Below, piece after piece: positions 41,766-51,446 of a stretch of 64,000 nt of DNA. Position numbers and translations under genes: made by a program. Where the stretch lies: contig DASCPX010000027.1 in assembly GCA_036012755.1 (NCBI GenBank), positions 288,001 to 352,000 on the forward strand, read 5' to 3'. The stretch comes from Myxococcota bacterium. GTDB lineage: Bacteria; Myxococcota_A; UBA796; CAJQPC01. Under the pieces are notes generated by a model. That model did no database searches. It was given only the letters and a program-made list of their open reading frames with translations, and was not told the origin of the DNA. How positions within the stretch are numbered: the stretch's first letter is position 1; each line of letters begins with the position of its first letter.

Positions 41766-43133
41766 ATGGGGGCCGGCTCAATGATCCTCGCACTCGCCGG
41801 TGCTGCTCTCGCCCAGGACGTCAACACCGTCCTGCTGCCGGACATCACTCCGGAGGCGGTGAACGACTACTCGGTCGCGATCATGCTGACCGACCAGCTG
41901 CGGCGCGACCTCGAAGCCCATGGCCTCACCGTCATCGGCGGCCCCGAGCTGGTCGAGACCGTCGGCGAGGATGCGGACGGCTGCGCCGACAACCCCGAGT
42001 GTCCGGGGGTGCTCTGGCAGCACTACTCGGCGCCGATGGCGCTGGTCGGGGAGCTCTCGAACACCGCGGCCGGGCTGGACGTCACGGTCTCCTTCCACCA
42101 GCCCGACGAGGCCTCGGCCATCGCCGACTACAACGAGGTCATCTTCCCGGGCGCCGAGTTCGAGTACACAGCGGTCGTCGCCGACAAGACGGTCGACCTG
42201 CTCAAGCTGCTCGCGATGTTCGAGCTGGACGATCCCATCGTCGAGCTCGTGCCCACTCCCTACGAGGAGCCCGTGGTGGTCGAGCCCTTCGAGGACCCCC
42301 CGCCCATCGGCAGCGACCCCGTCGAGGGGCTCTTCATCGACAACAAGGTCGAGCGTCGTGAGATGGGCATCAACAAGCGCAACTACGAGTCCTACGCGCT
42401 CTCCGGCATGGGCCGCGAGGAGTGGCTCACGGACCGCAGGGTCCGCGCCGGGTCGTTCTTCGTCGAGGTCGGTGGGGGCATCGTGATGGGCTCGGTCGAC
42501 CGCAGCTACACGGTGGAGCTCGCCCTCGACGAGCAGGACGACGGCAGCTTCGTCGAGACCGAGCGCTACGAAGAGGACGTCTTCGTCAGCGGCTTCGGCG
42601 GTCAGGGCGGCGTCGCCCTTGGCGTCAACCTGGGCAGCCGGGTCGACGTGCTCGTCTCCGGGGGGCTGCAGTCCGGGCGCAAGCACCTGAGCACCGGCTG
42701 GGAGCACTACCTGGACGGCTCACTCGAAGGCGTGAGCGAGGACGGTCCTCCGCCCCCTGCTGCCGCAGCCGTCGGGTGGGTCGAGCCCCGGGTCCGCGTC
42801 TACTTCCTGCAGACAGGCATGGTGAAGCCCTACGTGCTCGGCGCTGCCACGCTGCGCTTCTACGACGCCTACGTAGTCGAGGACACCTCCGAGGTGGTCA
42901 GCTTCCAGCCCGGGCGGCCGCCGCTGCACCCGGTCAGCGTCGGCGGCGGCGCCGGCCTGATGGTCGACATCACCCAGGAGCTGGCGGTCTTCGTCGAGCC
43001 GGTCTGGAACCAGATGGTGTGGGGCATGGAGCCCTACCGAAAGACCGCGGACGCCCTCGAGACCTCGCCGGCAGCCACGGAGCCGATCACCTCCTCGATC
43101 CGTGTCACGGCTGGCCTCGGCGTGAAGTTCTGA
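41766..43133 (+). CDS. Secreted protein with C-terminal outer-membrane beta-barrel
   Basis: Short signal (MILALAGAALA), amphipathic strands, terminal GLGVKF. Confidence 0.7.
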   Translation: MGAGSMILALAGAALAQDVNTVLLPDITPEAVNDYSVAIMLTDQLRRDLEAHGLTVIGGPELVETVGEDADGCADNPECPGVLWQHYSAPMALVGELSNTAAGLDVTVSFHQPDEASAIADYNEVIFPGAEFEYTAVVADKTVDLLKLLAMFELDDPIVELVPTPYEEPVVVEPFEDPPPIGSDPVEGLFIDNKVERREMGINKRNYESYALSGMGREEWLTDRRVRAGSFFVEVGGGIVMGSVDRSYTVELALDEQDDGSFVETERYEEDVFVSGFGGQGGVALGVNLGSRVDVLVSGGLQSGRKHLSTGWEHYLDGSLEGVSEDGPPPPAAAAVGWVEPRVRVYFLQTGMVKPYVLGAATLRFYDAYVVEDTSEVVSFQPGRPPLHPVSVGGGAGLMVDITQELAVFVEPVWNQMVWGMEPYRKTADALETSPAATEPITSSIRVTAGLGVKF

Positions 43134-43144
43134 GAGGACGCACC

Positions 43145-45646
43145 GTGGCGGTCGAGGTCCACAAGTTCGGAGGCACCAGCCTTGGGTCAGCCGAGCGCAT
43201 GGTGCAGGCCGCGGGCCTGGTCCGGGCCTGCGACAGCTCCGTCGTGACCGTCGCCTCGGCGATGGGGGGCGTCACGGATCGGCTCGTCCACGCCGCGACG
43301 ACCGCGGCCCGGGGCGCGAGGGGCCAGGCCCTGGAGGCGGTCGAGGCCCTGCTGGCGGTGCACCTGGAGGCCCTGCGCGAGCTCGGCGATCCGCCAGGTG
43401 TCGGCGAGCAGATCGAGGACATCGGCGCGGAGCTCGCGGAGCTCATCGGCGCGGTGAGCCGCCTCGCCGAGCTCACTCCCAGGGTCCGTGACCGTGTGCT
43501 GGCCTGCGGGGAGAAGCTCTCGGTGCGACTGCTCGCGGCCGCGATGCGCTCAGAGGGCGTCGACGCGCTGGCGGTGGACGCGGACACCTTCCTCGCCACG
43601 GACGGACGGCACGGAGAGGCCAGCCCGCTGTTGGTGGTCTACGAGCGCACGACCCGCGCCGCGCTCCAGCCACACCTGGACGCGGGTCGGGTGCCGGTGG
43701 TCACGGGCTTCTGCGGCCAGGCTCCCGACGGCGCCACGACGACCCTGGGCCGCGGAGGCTCGGACTACACGGCCACCCTGATCGCCGCCGCGCTCGGTGC
43801 TGACGAGGTCTCGATCTGGACCGACGTCGACGGGGTCTACAGCGCTGACCCGCGGGTGGTGCCCCGGGCCCGCATCGTGCCCCACCTCAACTACCGCGAG
43901 GCGGCCGAGCTCTCCTACTACGGCGCCAAGGTGCTCCACCAGCGCACGATGATCCCGGTGGCGCGAGCCGGCATCGCGCTCCGCACGCGCAACAGCTTCC
44001 GCCCGGAGGAGCCCGGCACGGTAGTGGACAGCCGCTTCACCCCAGGCTCGCACCCGGTCAAGGCCATCAGCGCCATCCGCGATCAGCAGCTCCTCAGCGT
44101 CGAGGGCAAGGGCATGGCAGGTGTCCCCGGGGTGGCCGCGCGTGCCTTCGGGGCCCTGGCCGAGCGGAACCTGAGCGTCACGATGATCAGCCAGTCGAGC
44201 TCCGAGTCCTCGATCTCCATGGCGGTGCCGGCGGTCCACGCCCTCGCGGCGGAGTCAGCGCTGAAGGCGGCCTTCAGGGACGAGCTGGGCCGCGGGGACG
44301 TCGAGGAGGTCGTCGTCGGGGACGAGGTCGGCCTGGTGGCGGCGGTCGGGCTGGGCATGGCCCACACACCTGGCGTCGCCGCGCGCCTCTTCGGAGCCCT
44401 GGGGGACGCCAAGGTCAACGTGCTGGCCATCGCCCAGGGCAGCTCGGAGCTCAACGTGTCGATCGCCGTGGACCACGGCGACGTCGACCGCGCCGTGCGC
44501 GTCCTCCACGACGCCCTGGGCCTGCACCGCATCGACACCGGCGCCGAGTCGGCCGATGGCCTCGACCTGATCCTCCTCGGCCCGGGAGCCATCGGGCGCG
44601 CTGTCGTCGAGCAACTCCAGGCCCGCCGAGAGGGCATCGTCGCCCGCTTCGGTCTCAGCCCCCGGGTGGTGGCCGTGGCCGACACCTCGGGCTGGGTGCT
44701 CGAGCCAGCGGGGCTCTCGGACGAGCGCCTGGACTCGCTGCTGGCCGCCAAGACCCAGGGCACCCCCCTCGCCCGGTCCGGGGGGACCGCCGGCTCCGCG
44801 GATCAGCTGCTCGACGCCGCCTTGGAGCTCCGCCTCACCCGTCCGATCCTGGTCGACTGCACCGACGCCGCCTCGGCCCCCCTCTGGCTACGGGCCATGG
44901 GCGCGGGGTGCGATGTCGTCACCGCGAACAAGGTCCCGCTGGCGGGCTCCTTCGAGCTCCACACCCAGCTCCAGGAGACCGCCCGGACTCGGGGGCGGCT
45001 CTTGCGCTCAGAGGCCACCGTCGGAGCCGGGCTGCCCGTCATCGAGACCCTGGAGATGCTCCAGCACACGGGCGATGCCCTCACCCTGGCGGAGGGCTGT
45101 CTCTCTGGGACCCTGGGCTTCCTGATGGCCAGGCTCCAGGCCGGGGACCGCCTCTCGGAGGCAGTGAAGACCGCGATCGAGCTCGGCTACACCGAGCCGG
45201 ACCCGGTGACGGACCTGAGCGGAGTCGACGTGGGCCGCAAGGCGCTGATCCTCGGTCGCCTGTCCGGGCTCCTGGGGGCTGACGCCGTCCTGGAGGTCGA
45301 GGGCCTGGTCGAGACCGCCTGGGCTGGACTGCCGATCCCGGAGCTGATGGAGCGCCTGTGCACCCTCGACGCGGGCCTCGCGGAGCGCTGCGACAGCGCC
45401 GCTGCCGCCGGCAAGGTCCTTCGCTACGTCGCGAGGGTGACCCGTGGCCGCGCTGTCGTCGGTCCGGCGGAGGTGGACCTGGACTCGCCGATCGGCCGCC
45501 TCTCGGGCAGCGACAACCTCGTGCTGTTCCGGTCCGAGCGCTACGCGGAGCGCCCGCTGGTGGTGATCGGTCCCGGCGCTGGCGTGGACGTCACGGCGAT
45601 GGGCGTGCTCGGTGACGTCCTGCGTGTCGCCGCGGAGCGCAGCTGA
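43145..45646 (+). CDS. thrA: Bifunctional aspartokinase/homoserine dehydrogenase
   Basis: HKFGGTS, TLGRGGSD, ACT domains, VTANK, EATVGAGLP, GYTEPDP; GTG start 43145. Confidence 0.95.
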   Translation: MAVEVHKFGGTSLGSAERMVQAAGLVRACDSSVVTVASAMGGVTDRLVHAATTAARGARGQALEAVEALLAVHLEALRELGDPPGVGEQIEDIGAELAELIGAVSRLAELTPRVRDRVLACGEKLSVRLLAAAMRSEGVDALAVDADTFLATDGRHGEASPLLVVYERTTRAALQPHLDAGRVPVVTGFCGQAPDGATTTLGRGGSDYTATLIAAALGADEVSIWTDVDGVYSADPRVVPRARIVPHLNYREAAELSYYGAKVLHQRTMIPVARAGIALRTRNSFRPEEPGTVVDSRFTPGSHPVKAISAIRDQQLLSVEGKGMAGVPGVAARAFGALAERNLSVTMISQSSSESSISMAVPAVHALAAESALKAAFRDELGRGDVEEVVVGDEVGLVAAVGLGMAHTPGVAARLFGALGDAKVNVLAIAQGSSELNVSIAVDHGDVDRAVRVLHDALGLHRIDTGAESADGLDLILLGPGAIGRAVVEQLQARREGIVARFGLSPRVVAVADTSGWVLEPAGLSDERLDSLLAAKTQGTPLARSGGTAGSADQLLDAALELRLTRPILVDCTDAASAPLWLRAMGAGCDVVTANKVPLAGSFELHTQLQETARTRGRLLRSEATVGAGLPVIETLEMLQHTGDALTLAEGCLSGTLGFLMARLQAGDRLSEAVKTAIELGYTEPDPVTDLSGVDVGRKALILGRLSGLLGADAVLEVEGLVETAWAGLPIPELMERLCTLDAGLAERCDSAAAAGKVLRYVARVTRGRAVVGPAEVDLDSPIGRLSGSDNLVLFRSERYAERPLVVIGPGAGVDVTAMGVLGDVLRVAAERS

Positions 45647-46584
45647 TGCGCTGGGAGGTGAGCACCCAGGCGCCTGCGACGGTGGCCAACCTCGGGCCCG
45701 GCTTCGACGTGCTCGGCCTGGTCCTGGGCGGTCCCGGGGACATCGTGCAAGCCCGCCGGGCCCCGGGAACCGGTGTGCGACTCGTCGAGATCACCGGGGA
45801 CGGGGGTCGCCTGCCTCGAGCGGCAGCGGACAACACCGCGGGGGTGGCTGCCCTGGAGACCCTGAAGGTCGCCGGCGTCGAGACGGGCGTGGAGCTGGCC
45901 TTGCACAAGCGCCTGCCGCTCTGCTCCGGGCTGGGCAGCAGCGCATCGAGCGCCGCCGCCGCTGCCTACGCGGTCAACCTGTTGATCGGGAGCCCCTTGC
46001 GCAAGGCGGAGCTGGTGGCTCCATGTGTCGAGGCCGAGGCCGCGGTCAGCGGTCGCCACGCCGACAACGTCGCGCCTGCGTTGCTCGGCGGGCTGGTCCT
46101 GGTCCGGGGCATCGATCCGGTGGAGCTCTTGCGCCTTCCGGTCCCGCCCGGCCTCACGCTGGTCGTGGTCACGCCGGAGTTCGAGCTGCCGACCCGGGAA
46201 GCACGCGCGGTGTTGCCGGCGGAGGTGACGCTGCAGACGATGGTGAAGCAGTCCGCCCGCCTCGCTTCGCTGGTCAGCGCGCTGCACACGGCCGACATGG
46301 CGCTCTTGGGCCGCTGCCTGGTCGACGAGGTCGTCACCCCCCGGCGCGCGGCCCTGGTCCCGGGGGCACCAGAGGCGATGGCCGCCGCGCTGGGCGCCGG
46401 CGCCCTCGGGAGCTCGCTCAGCGGCTCTGGGCCCTCGGTCTTCGCCCTCTGTCGCTCGCCCAGGAGCGCGGAGGTCGCCGCGACCGCGATGGGGAGGGCT
46501 TTCGAGACAGCCGGGCTGGCGAGCCAGCTGCGCATGTCCCCGGCAGACGGCCCGGGAGTCCGACGGGTCCGAGGTGTCTCATGA
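45646..46584 (+). CDS. thrB: Homoserine kinase
   Basis: PATVANLGPGFD, PLCSGLGSSA, HADNVAP, SGSGPS. Confidence 0.95.
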   Translation: MRWEVSTQAPATVANLGPGFDVLGLVLGGPGDIVQARRAPGTGVRLVEITGDGGRLPRAAADNTAGVAALETLKVAGVETGVELALHKRLPLCSGLGSSASSAAAAAYAVNLLIGSPLRKAELVAPCVEAEAAVSGRHADNVAPALLGGLVLVRGIDPVELLRLPVPPGLTLVVVTPEFELPTREARAVLPAEVTLQTMVKQSARLASLVSALHTADMALLGRCLVDEVVTPRRAALVPGAPEAMAAALGAGALGSSLSGSGPSVFALCRSPRSAEVAATAMGRAFETAGLASQLRMSPADGPGVRRVRGVS

Positions 46585-47849
46585 AGCTCCGCTGTGTCCT
46601 CTGCGCGCAGATCCATCCCCCCAACGAGCCGCGCTATCGCTGCGACTGCGGCGCCACCCTGGACGTCGTGCACGATCTGGACGCGCTGCAGGGTGTCGAC
46701 CTGCTCGGGCTCTGGGAGTCTCGCCGAGGCTCACCAGCGCGCCTCGATCGCTCCGGTGTGTGGCGCTACCGGGAGCTGATCGCGCCCGGACTCGAAGAGC
46801 ACGTCGTCACTCGCGGCGAGGGCAACACCTGGCTCTACGACAGCACCACGCTGGCGGAGCGGGTCGGCCTGGACCGCCTGCTGTTGAAGCACGAGGGCGA
46901 GAACCCGACCGCCTCCTTCAAGGACCGCGGCATGACGGTGGCCATCACCGTGGCCCGCTGGCTGGGCATGGAGAGCGTGGCCTGCGCCTCGACGGGCAAC
47001 ACCTCTGCGTCGATGGCGGCCTACGCGGCGCTCACGGGCATGCCCTCGCTGGTCTTCGTGCCGGCGGGGAACATCGCCTACGGCAAGCTCTCCCAGGCCC
47101 TGGCCTACGGAGGACGCACGCTTCAGCTGGCTGGGGACTTCGACGACGCCATGGCGCTGGTGCAGCAGGCCTGCACGGAGCGGGACATCTACCTGGTCAA
47201 CTCGGTGAACCCCTTCCGCATCGAGGGCCAGAAGGCGATCGGCTTCGAGCTCCTGAGCGACCTCGGCTGGCAGGTCCCGGACTGGATCGTGCTGCCCGGT
47301 GGCAACCTCGGGAACAACACGGCCATCGCCAAGGGCCTGATCGAGCTCCACGAGCTCGGTCTCATCGAGCGGCTGCCTCGCATCGCCGTGATCCAGGCGG
47401 CCGGCGCGAACCCCCTCTACACGGCCTGGACCACGGGGTCCGAGGTCGTCCCGGTCAAGGCGGACACACGGGCAACAGCCATCAAGATCGGCGCGCCGGT
47501 GTCCTGGCGGAAGAGCCTCCGCGGACTGTCCGCCTGCGACGGCGTGGTGACGCAAGTGGACGACCAGCAGATCCTCGACGCGAAGGCCTGGGTGGACGCC
47601 GCGGGCATCGGCGCCGAGCCCGCCTCCTGCGCGACCGTCGCGGGTGTGAAGCGCCTGGTCGACGAGGGGGTCATCCGCCGCGGGGAGATGGTGACAGGGG
47701 TGCTCACGGGCCACGTGCTGAAGGACCCGGAGATCGTGGTCCGCTACCACCTCTCGGAGCTCGAAGGCATCGAGTCGCACCACGCCAACGCGCCGATCGA
47801 GGTGGCCGCCACGCTGGAGGCGGTGCTCGCGGCGCTGGGTCTTGGCTAG
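46581..47849 (+). CDS. thrC: Threonine synthase
   Basis: N-terminal CxxC/CxC, NPTASFKDRG, CASTGNT, NSVNPFRIEGQK. Confidence 0.93.
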   Translation: MKLRCVLCAQIHPPNEPRYRCDCGATLDVVHDLDALQGVDLLGLWESRRGSPARLDRSGVWRYRELIAPGLEEHVVTRGEGNTWLYDSTTLAERVGLDRLLLKHEGENPTASFKDRGMTVAITVARWLGMESVACASTGNTSASMAAYAALTGMPSLVFVPAGNIAYGKLSQALAYGGRTLQLAGDFDDAMALVQQACTERDIYLVNSVNPFRIEGQKAIGFELLSDLGWQVPDWIVLPGGNLGNNTAIAKGLIELHELGLIERLPRIAVIQAAGANPLYTAWTTGSEVVPVKADTRATAIKIGAPVSWRKSLRGLSACDGVVTQVDDQQILDAKAWVDAAGIGAEPASCATVAGVKRLVDEGVIRRGEMVTGVLTGHVLKDPEIVVRYHLSELEGIESHHANAPIEVAATLEAVLAALGLG

Positions 47850-47879
47850 TAGTCCACAAGGGATTAGGTACCGCGTCGC

Positions 47880-47952
47880 GCCGAGATAGCTCAGTTGGTA
47901 GAGCAGCTGATTCGTAATCAGCAGGTCGTCGGTTCAAATCCGATTCTCGGCT
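47880..47952 (+). tRNA. tRNA-Thr(CGT)
   Basis: GCCGAGA/TCTCGGC acceptor stem, AGTTGGTAGAGC D arm, GCTGA-TT-CGT-AA-TCAGC anticodon arm, GTTCAAATC T loop; CCA not encoded. Confidence 0.96.
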
Positions 47953-48049
47953 CCTCAGACCCTGGCCTCGGCCGGGGTCTTCGCACTCAGCAGGTCGTCG
48001 GTCGTGCGCGACCCCGGCGGGTGCCGGCCTGTCCAAATCCGGTTTCCGG
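47911..48049 (+). repeat. Repeat A copy 1 (139 bp; tRNA 3' half + terminator + downstream)
   Basis: Matches 50279-50417 with one mismatch. Confidence 0.95.
47957..47982 (+). terminator. Hairpin after tRNA-Thr (duplicated at 50325-50350)
   Basis: AGACCCTGGCC-TC-GGCCGGGGTCT stem; weak U tract. Confidence 0.6.
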
Positions 48050-48117
48050 TCGAGATCTTCACCCATTGGGTTAGCCTCCGTCGCCTCACTGATTGAGCCG
48101 AAGGGCATGGAGGTGTC

Positions 48118-49218
48118 ATGGTGCGAGTTGTCATGGTGGGTGGTGCTCTTCTCGTGTTGCCCTTCCTCTGCCTTGCGGGCTGTGGTCCCTCGGCAGAGGA
48201 GATCGCTCAGACCATCGATGAGCGCGTCGAGGCAAGGCTGGTCGAGGAGCGGCTGATCAAGAGCGAGGATGAGCGACAGGCCGAGGCCGCCGTCGAAGCT
48301 GCGAAACCCGAGTGGGAGAGGTCGATGGACTTCCTCGCCGATCTCGACGAGTTGATGGCGGGCTACAGCCCGACCTTGCCCGACGAAGTGGACAACACCG
48401 ACGTGCTGCGATGCACCACAGACTACGAGCTCGGTGTGGACAACGAACTCAAGATCGGCGCGAGGTCACTCGTGAAGCAGGCCGAGGCCTCCGCCAGGGC
48501 CAGGGACAAGCAGCGAAAGGACTTCGAGAAGAACAAGTGGGTTCAGTATCGAGTCGACTACTCGTGGGAGTCCCGCAATGGGACGAGTCCGGTCGCGGGC
48601 TGTCGCTTCGAAACCTGGCAGCCATACTGCTGGCGTGGATGTGTGGGGCCGAACACCTGTGATGGTTCGCACGAATGCCACTACAAAGGCATGAAGGGAT
48701 GCCGTGAGATGTACGACAACGGCAAAGGGGACTTCGCCGATCAGTATGTCGTGAAGACGCGGTACTACGCGGAGGCAGATGCGCCTTCGTATCGCTACTC
48801 GGAGAACGGGATGAACCGCTACTCGCGGACAACGACCCCCGACAGGCCCGAGCTGATGAAGCGTATCGACTCTGAGCAGCTCGCCATACCCGAACGCTTC
48901 CACTGCAAGGTCGTCAACGCCCGAAAGGAAAAGGACCAGATGATGGTCCAGTGCAAGGGCGACGATCCGGTCCTGACGCATCTGCAGATTACCGGTGACC
49001 TGACGCAGATGGTCCATCGTGGAGACCAGGTCAGCGTGCCGATCGGGACGGGGAAGGCCTCGCAGGCGGTGGATGGGACGATCACGAAAGACGAGATCCG
49101 CATCGGGCGGGTGGACTACCGAGTGTGGCTGATCCATGCGAATGGTGATGCGCTCGTGTTCGACGAGCTGGGCGAGTGCCCCACCCGCGAGGCCGTTCTG
49201 GAGGCCGCCTCGAAGTGA
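48118..49218 (+). CDS. Hypothetical lipoprotein (island cargo)
   Basis: LAGC lipobox, Cys-rich middle, RBS GGAGG, lower GC3 than flanks. Confidence 0.75.
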   Translation: MVRVVMVGGALLVLPFLCLAGCGPSAEEIAQTIDERVEARLVEERLIKSEDERQAEAAVEAAKPEWERSMDFLADLDELMAGYSPTLPDEVDNTDVLRCTTDYELGVDNELKIGARSLVKQAEASARARDKQRKDFEKNKWVQYRVDYSWESRNGTSPVAGCRFETWQPYCWRGCVGPNTCDGSHECHYKGMKGCREMYDNGKGDFADQYVVKTRYYAEADAPSYRYSENGMNRYSRTTTPDRPELMKRIDSEQLAIPERFHCKVVNARKEKDQMMVQCKGDDPVLTHLQITGDLTQMVHRGDQVSVPIGTGKASQAVDGTITKDEIRIGRVDYRVWLIHANGDALVFDELGECPTREAVLEAASK

Positions 49219-49429
49219 CCGTCAGAGGGGCTCAGAGCATTCGATCCCGGTGACCGGCGCGGCCATCGCCACGATGGCCGATCCGCATGGCGGCTACGAA
49301 CTCCGAGTTCTCGGGGAACATCACCGGGCTCCGCAGTGTCCACTCTGCAGGTCAGTACGAGGAAGACCATCCATCCGGGCTCGCCGTGTGGCGACCGGTA
49401 TGGAGGTCATCTACAGGACCAGGGCGCCA

Positions 49430-50038
49430 ATGAACCGACGTCGTTTCTTTGCTGGATTGCTCGCCACCGGCGCCTTCGCTGCATCAGGACCCGCCCGCGC
49501 CGGGGTCGAGTGCATGGACGGCTGGGGCACGCGCACGTGCACCGCGGGTATCGCGCGCTCGCTCATCGATCAGGCCGTGGTCGATGACGAGCAGCACGCC
49601 TCTCAGTGGTGCTGGGCCGCCTGCATCTCGATGATCTTCCAGTACTACGGCCACCCGGTCGACCAGGAGCGCATCGTCGAGGAGACCTTCGGCACGATCG
49701 TCGACATGCCGGGCGAGCCCGAAGACATCCTCCGCGCGCTGAACCGCAGGTGGAAGGACGACGACGGCGACAGCTTCCGGAGCAGCGGCGACCAGATGAC
49801 CGCCAACCTGATGACGGCTGCCCAGGACCTCGCGGAGGACCAACCGCTGATCATCGGGGCCCTCGCACACGCCACGGTGCTCACTGCGATGACCTACACC
49901 GCCCACGTCTACGGCCACTTCCAGCACGACGCGCTGACTGTACGAGACCCCATGCCCGGCCGGAACCAAGGCCGACGCGTGCTCTCGGGGGCCGAGTTCT
50001 ACAATATCCAGTTCCTGGCCCGTGTGCGGGTGCGGTAG
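49430..50038 (+). CDS. Tat-exported papain-like cysteine protease (C39-like/AvrRpt2 C70 type)
   Basis: MNRRRFF...ARA signal; Q-x4-WCWAAC, HATVL, VRDP catalytic pattern. Confidence 0.75.
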   Translation: MNRRRFFAGLLATGAFAASGPARAGVECMDGWGTRTCTAGIARSLIDQAVVDDEQHASQWCWAACISMIFQYYGHPVDQERIVEETFGTIVDMPGEPEDILRALNRRWKDDDGDSFRSSGDQMTANLMTAAQDLAEDQPLIIGALAHATVLTAMTYTAHVYGHFQHDALTVRDPMPGRNQGRRVLSGAEFYNIQFLARVRVR

Positions 50039-50105
50039 GCCGACGTCACTCGGGCTGGCGCCAGCCCAGCGTCGACAGCCCCAGATCGAAGCCGAGGTCC
50101 GAGCT
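50039..50105. repeat. Repeat B copy 1 (67 bp; duplicate of the 3' end of the lamin-tail gene)
   Basis: Identical to 51447-51513. Confidence 0.93.
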
Positions 50106-50198
50106 GGTGCCCACGGACCGCCAGCGAGCAGCTGTTTGCGGCCTGCGAGGCGGCCAGCAGTCACGGACCGCACAGGAATCTGGCTACTGCCAAGGACT

Positions 50199-50222
50199 CG
50201 TTGCAAACAGCGTTGCAAACAG
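50199..50222 (+). repeat. 12-bp tandem repeat CGTTGCAAACAG x2 (candidate integrase arm sites)
   Basis: Exact tandem; inverted GCAAACAGC at 50131-50139. Confidence 0.7.
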
Positions 50223-50278
50223 CCGATTTGACCGCTGTGAACGGGCCAAACAGGCCAACGCGCCGCCGTGCCCCCTGC

Positions 50279-50417
50279 TTCGTAATCAGCAGGTCGTCGG
50301 TTCAAATCCGATTCTCGGCTCCTCAGACCCTGGCCTCGGCCGGGGTCTTCGCACTCAGCAGGTCGTCGGTCGTGCGCGACCCCGGCGGGTGCCGGCCTGT
50401 CCGAATCCGGTTTCCGG
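50279..50417 (+). repeat. Repeat A copy 2 (attR-like, tRNA-Thr 3' half)
   Basis: Duplicate of 47911-48049. Confidence 0.95.
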
Positions 50418-50472
50418 CCGGCCCGAGGCCCCGGGGTGAGATCGCCCGCCCAGGAGAGCCATGGCGGCGAAT

Positions 50473-50521
50473 AATCGACCGTCCAGTAGATTTAGCACTG
50501 CAATCGACCGTTCGGTAGATT
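50473..50521. promoter_or_regulatory. Pair of 20-bp palindromic operators AATCGACCGTYCRGTAGATT
   Basis: Copies at 50473-50492 and 50502-50521 in an AT-rich patch upstream of the 50566 gene. Confidence 0.7.
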
Positions 50522-50565
50522 ATGCTCATCTGCCCCCCCACGCTCCCCCGAACAACGAGCCCGTC

Positions 50566-51222
50566 GTGAGCACACCTGCAGCCTCCATCCTCCTGGTCCT
50601 CGTCGGCCTCGCCTGCACCGACACGGCGACCCCCGTCGACAGCGCGGACCCCGACAGCGACGCCCCGGTCGAGACCGACGCGGACACCGACGCGGACTCC
50701 GACTCCGACGCCGATGCCGACGCCGACGCTGACAGCGACGCCGACAGCGACACCGACAGCGACACCGACAGCGACGCCGACTCCGACGTCGGCTTCACGC
50801 CAGCCGCGGGCACCTGGATCGTCTCCTCCTCGGAGACGCTCGATGACGGCTGTGGGGTGTCGGAGCTGAGCGAAGACGGTGGGCCGGGCAGCACCATGGA
50901 CCTCGCGTTGTCCGGAGGCGGTGGCTTCGTGATGACCTTCGAGAGTGGACAGGTGATGACCTGCGCCATCGACAGCGAAGGCGGCGACTACAGCTGCGGT
51001 CCGGACCACTCGACCGACGAAACGGCCCAGGACATGGGCGTCGACTGCCTCCTCGAGCTCGAGATCACAGGCTCCGGCGCCTTCTCCGGGGCCGAGTCGG
51101 TGGTCGTCGAGTCACACGTCGACATGGACGGCAGCGGCGGGTCCTGCGCGCTCCTGGACTACGTCGGCATCACCCTGCCCTGCTCGATGGACACCCGCAC
51201 CGAGCTCGACTTCAGCTTCTGA
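50566..51222 (+). CDS. Hypothetical lipoprotein with D-A/D-S/D-T linker
   Basis: GTG start, GLAC lipobox, DADTDADSDSD repeat, small Cys-containing beta domain. Confidence 0.78.
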   Translation: MSTPAASILLVLVGLACTDTATPVDSADPDSDAPVETDADTDADSDSDADADADADSDADSDTDSDTDSDADSDVGFTPAAGTWIVSSSETLDDGCGVSELSEDGGPGSTMDLALSGGGGFVMTFESGQVMTCAIDSEGGDYSCGPDHSTDETAQDMGVDCLLELEITGSGAFSGAESVVVESHVDMDGSGGSCALLDYVGITLPCSMDTRTELDFSF

Positions 51223-51446
51223 CTCGCGTCTCGACGATCACCGCCGTCCGTCCACGCGAAGTCGATCGCTACGAACCTTGGCGACCATCGGCCGGAGCAA
51301 GCCCACGCCGCTGGTGTGCAGCACTCTCTACGCCGGGCGAACAGCTGAGATCCACTCGACCAACTCGCGAGGCACGTTCTGGTAGAGGAGGACCGTCAGG
51401 TCAAGAGGCACGCGGGATGACTCTCTCCTCGTCTACGACCATGCAC

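Larger units (their letters stand above)
47911..50417. mobile_element. Small tRNA-Thr-anchored genomic island, no integrase
   Basis: Flanked by direct repeats starting in the tRNA anticodon loop; cargo 48118-49218 has atypical codon usage; arm-site-like repeats. Confidence 0.7.

Noticed and set aside
51223..51446. Possible small gene or ncRNA in the spacer (also 49219-49429)
   Set aside because: No convincing ORF, RBS or structure; probably decayed sequence
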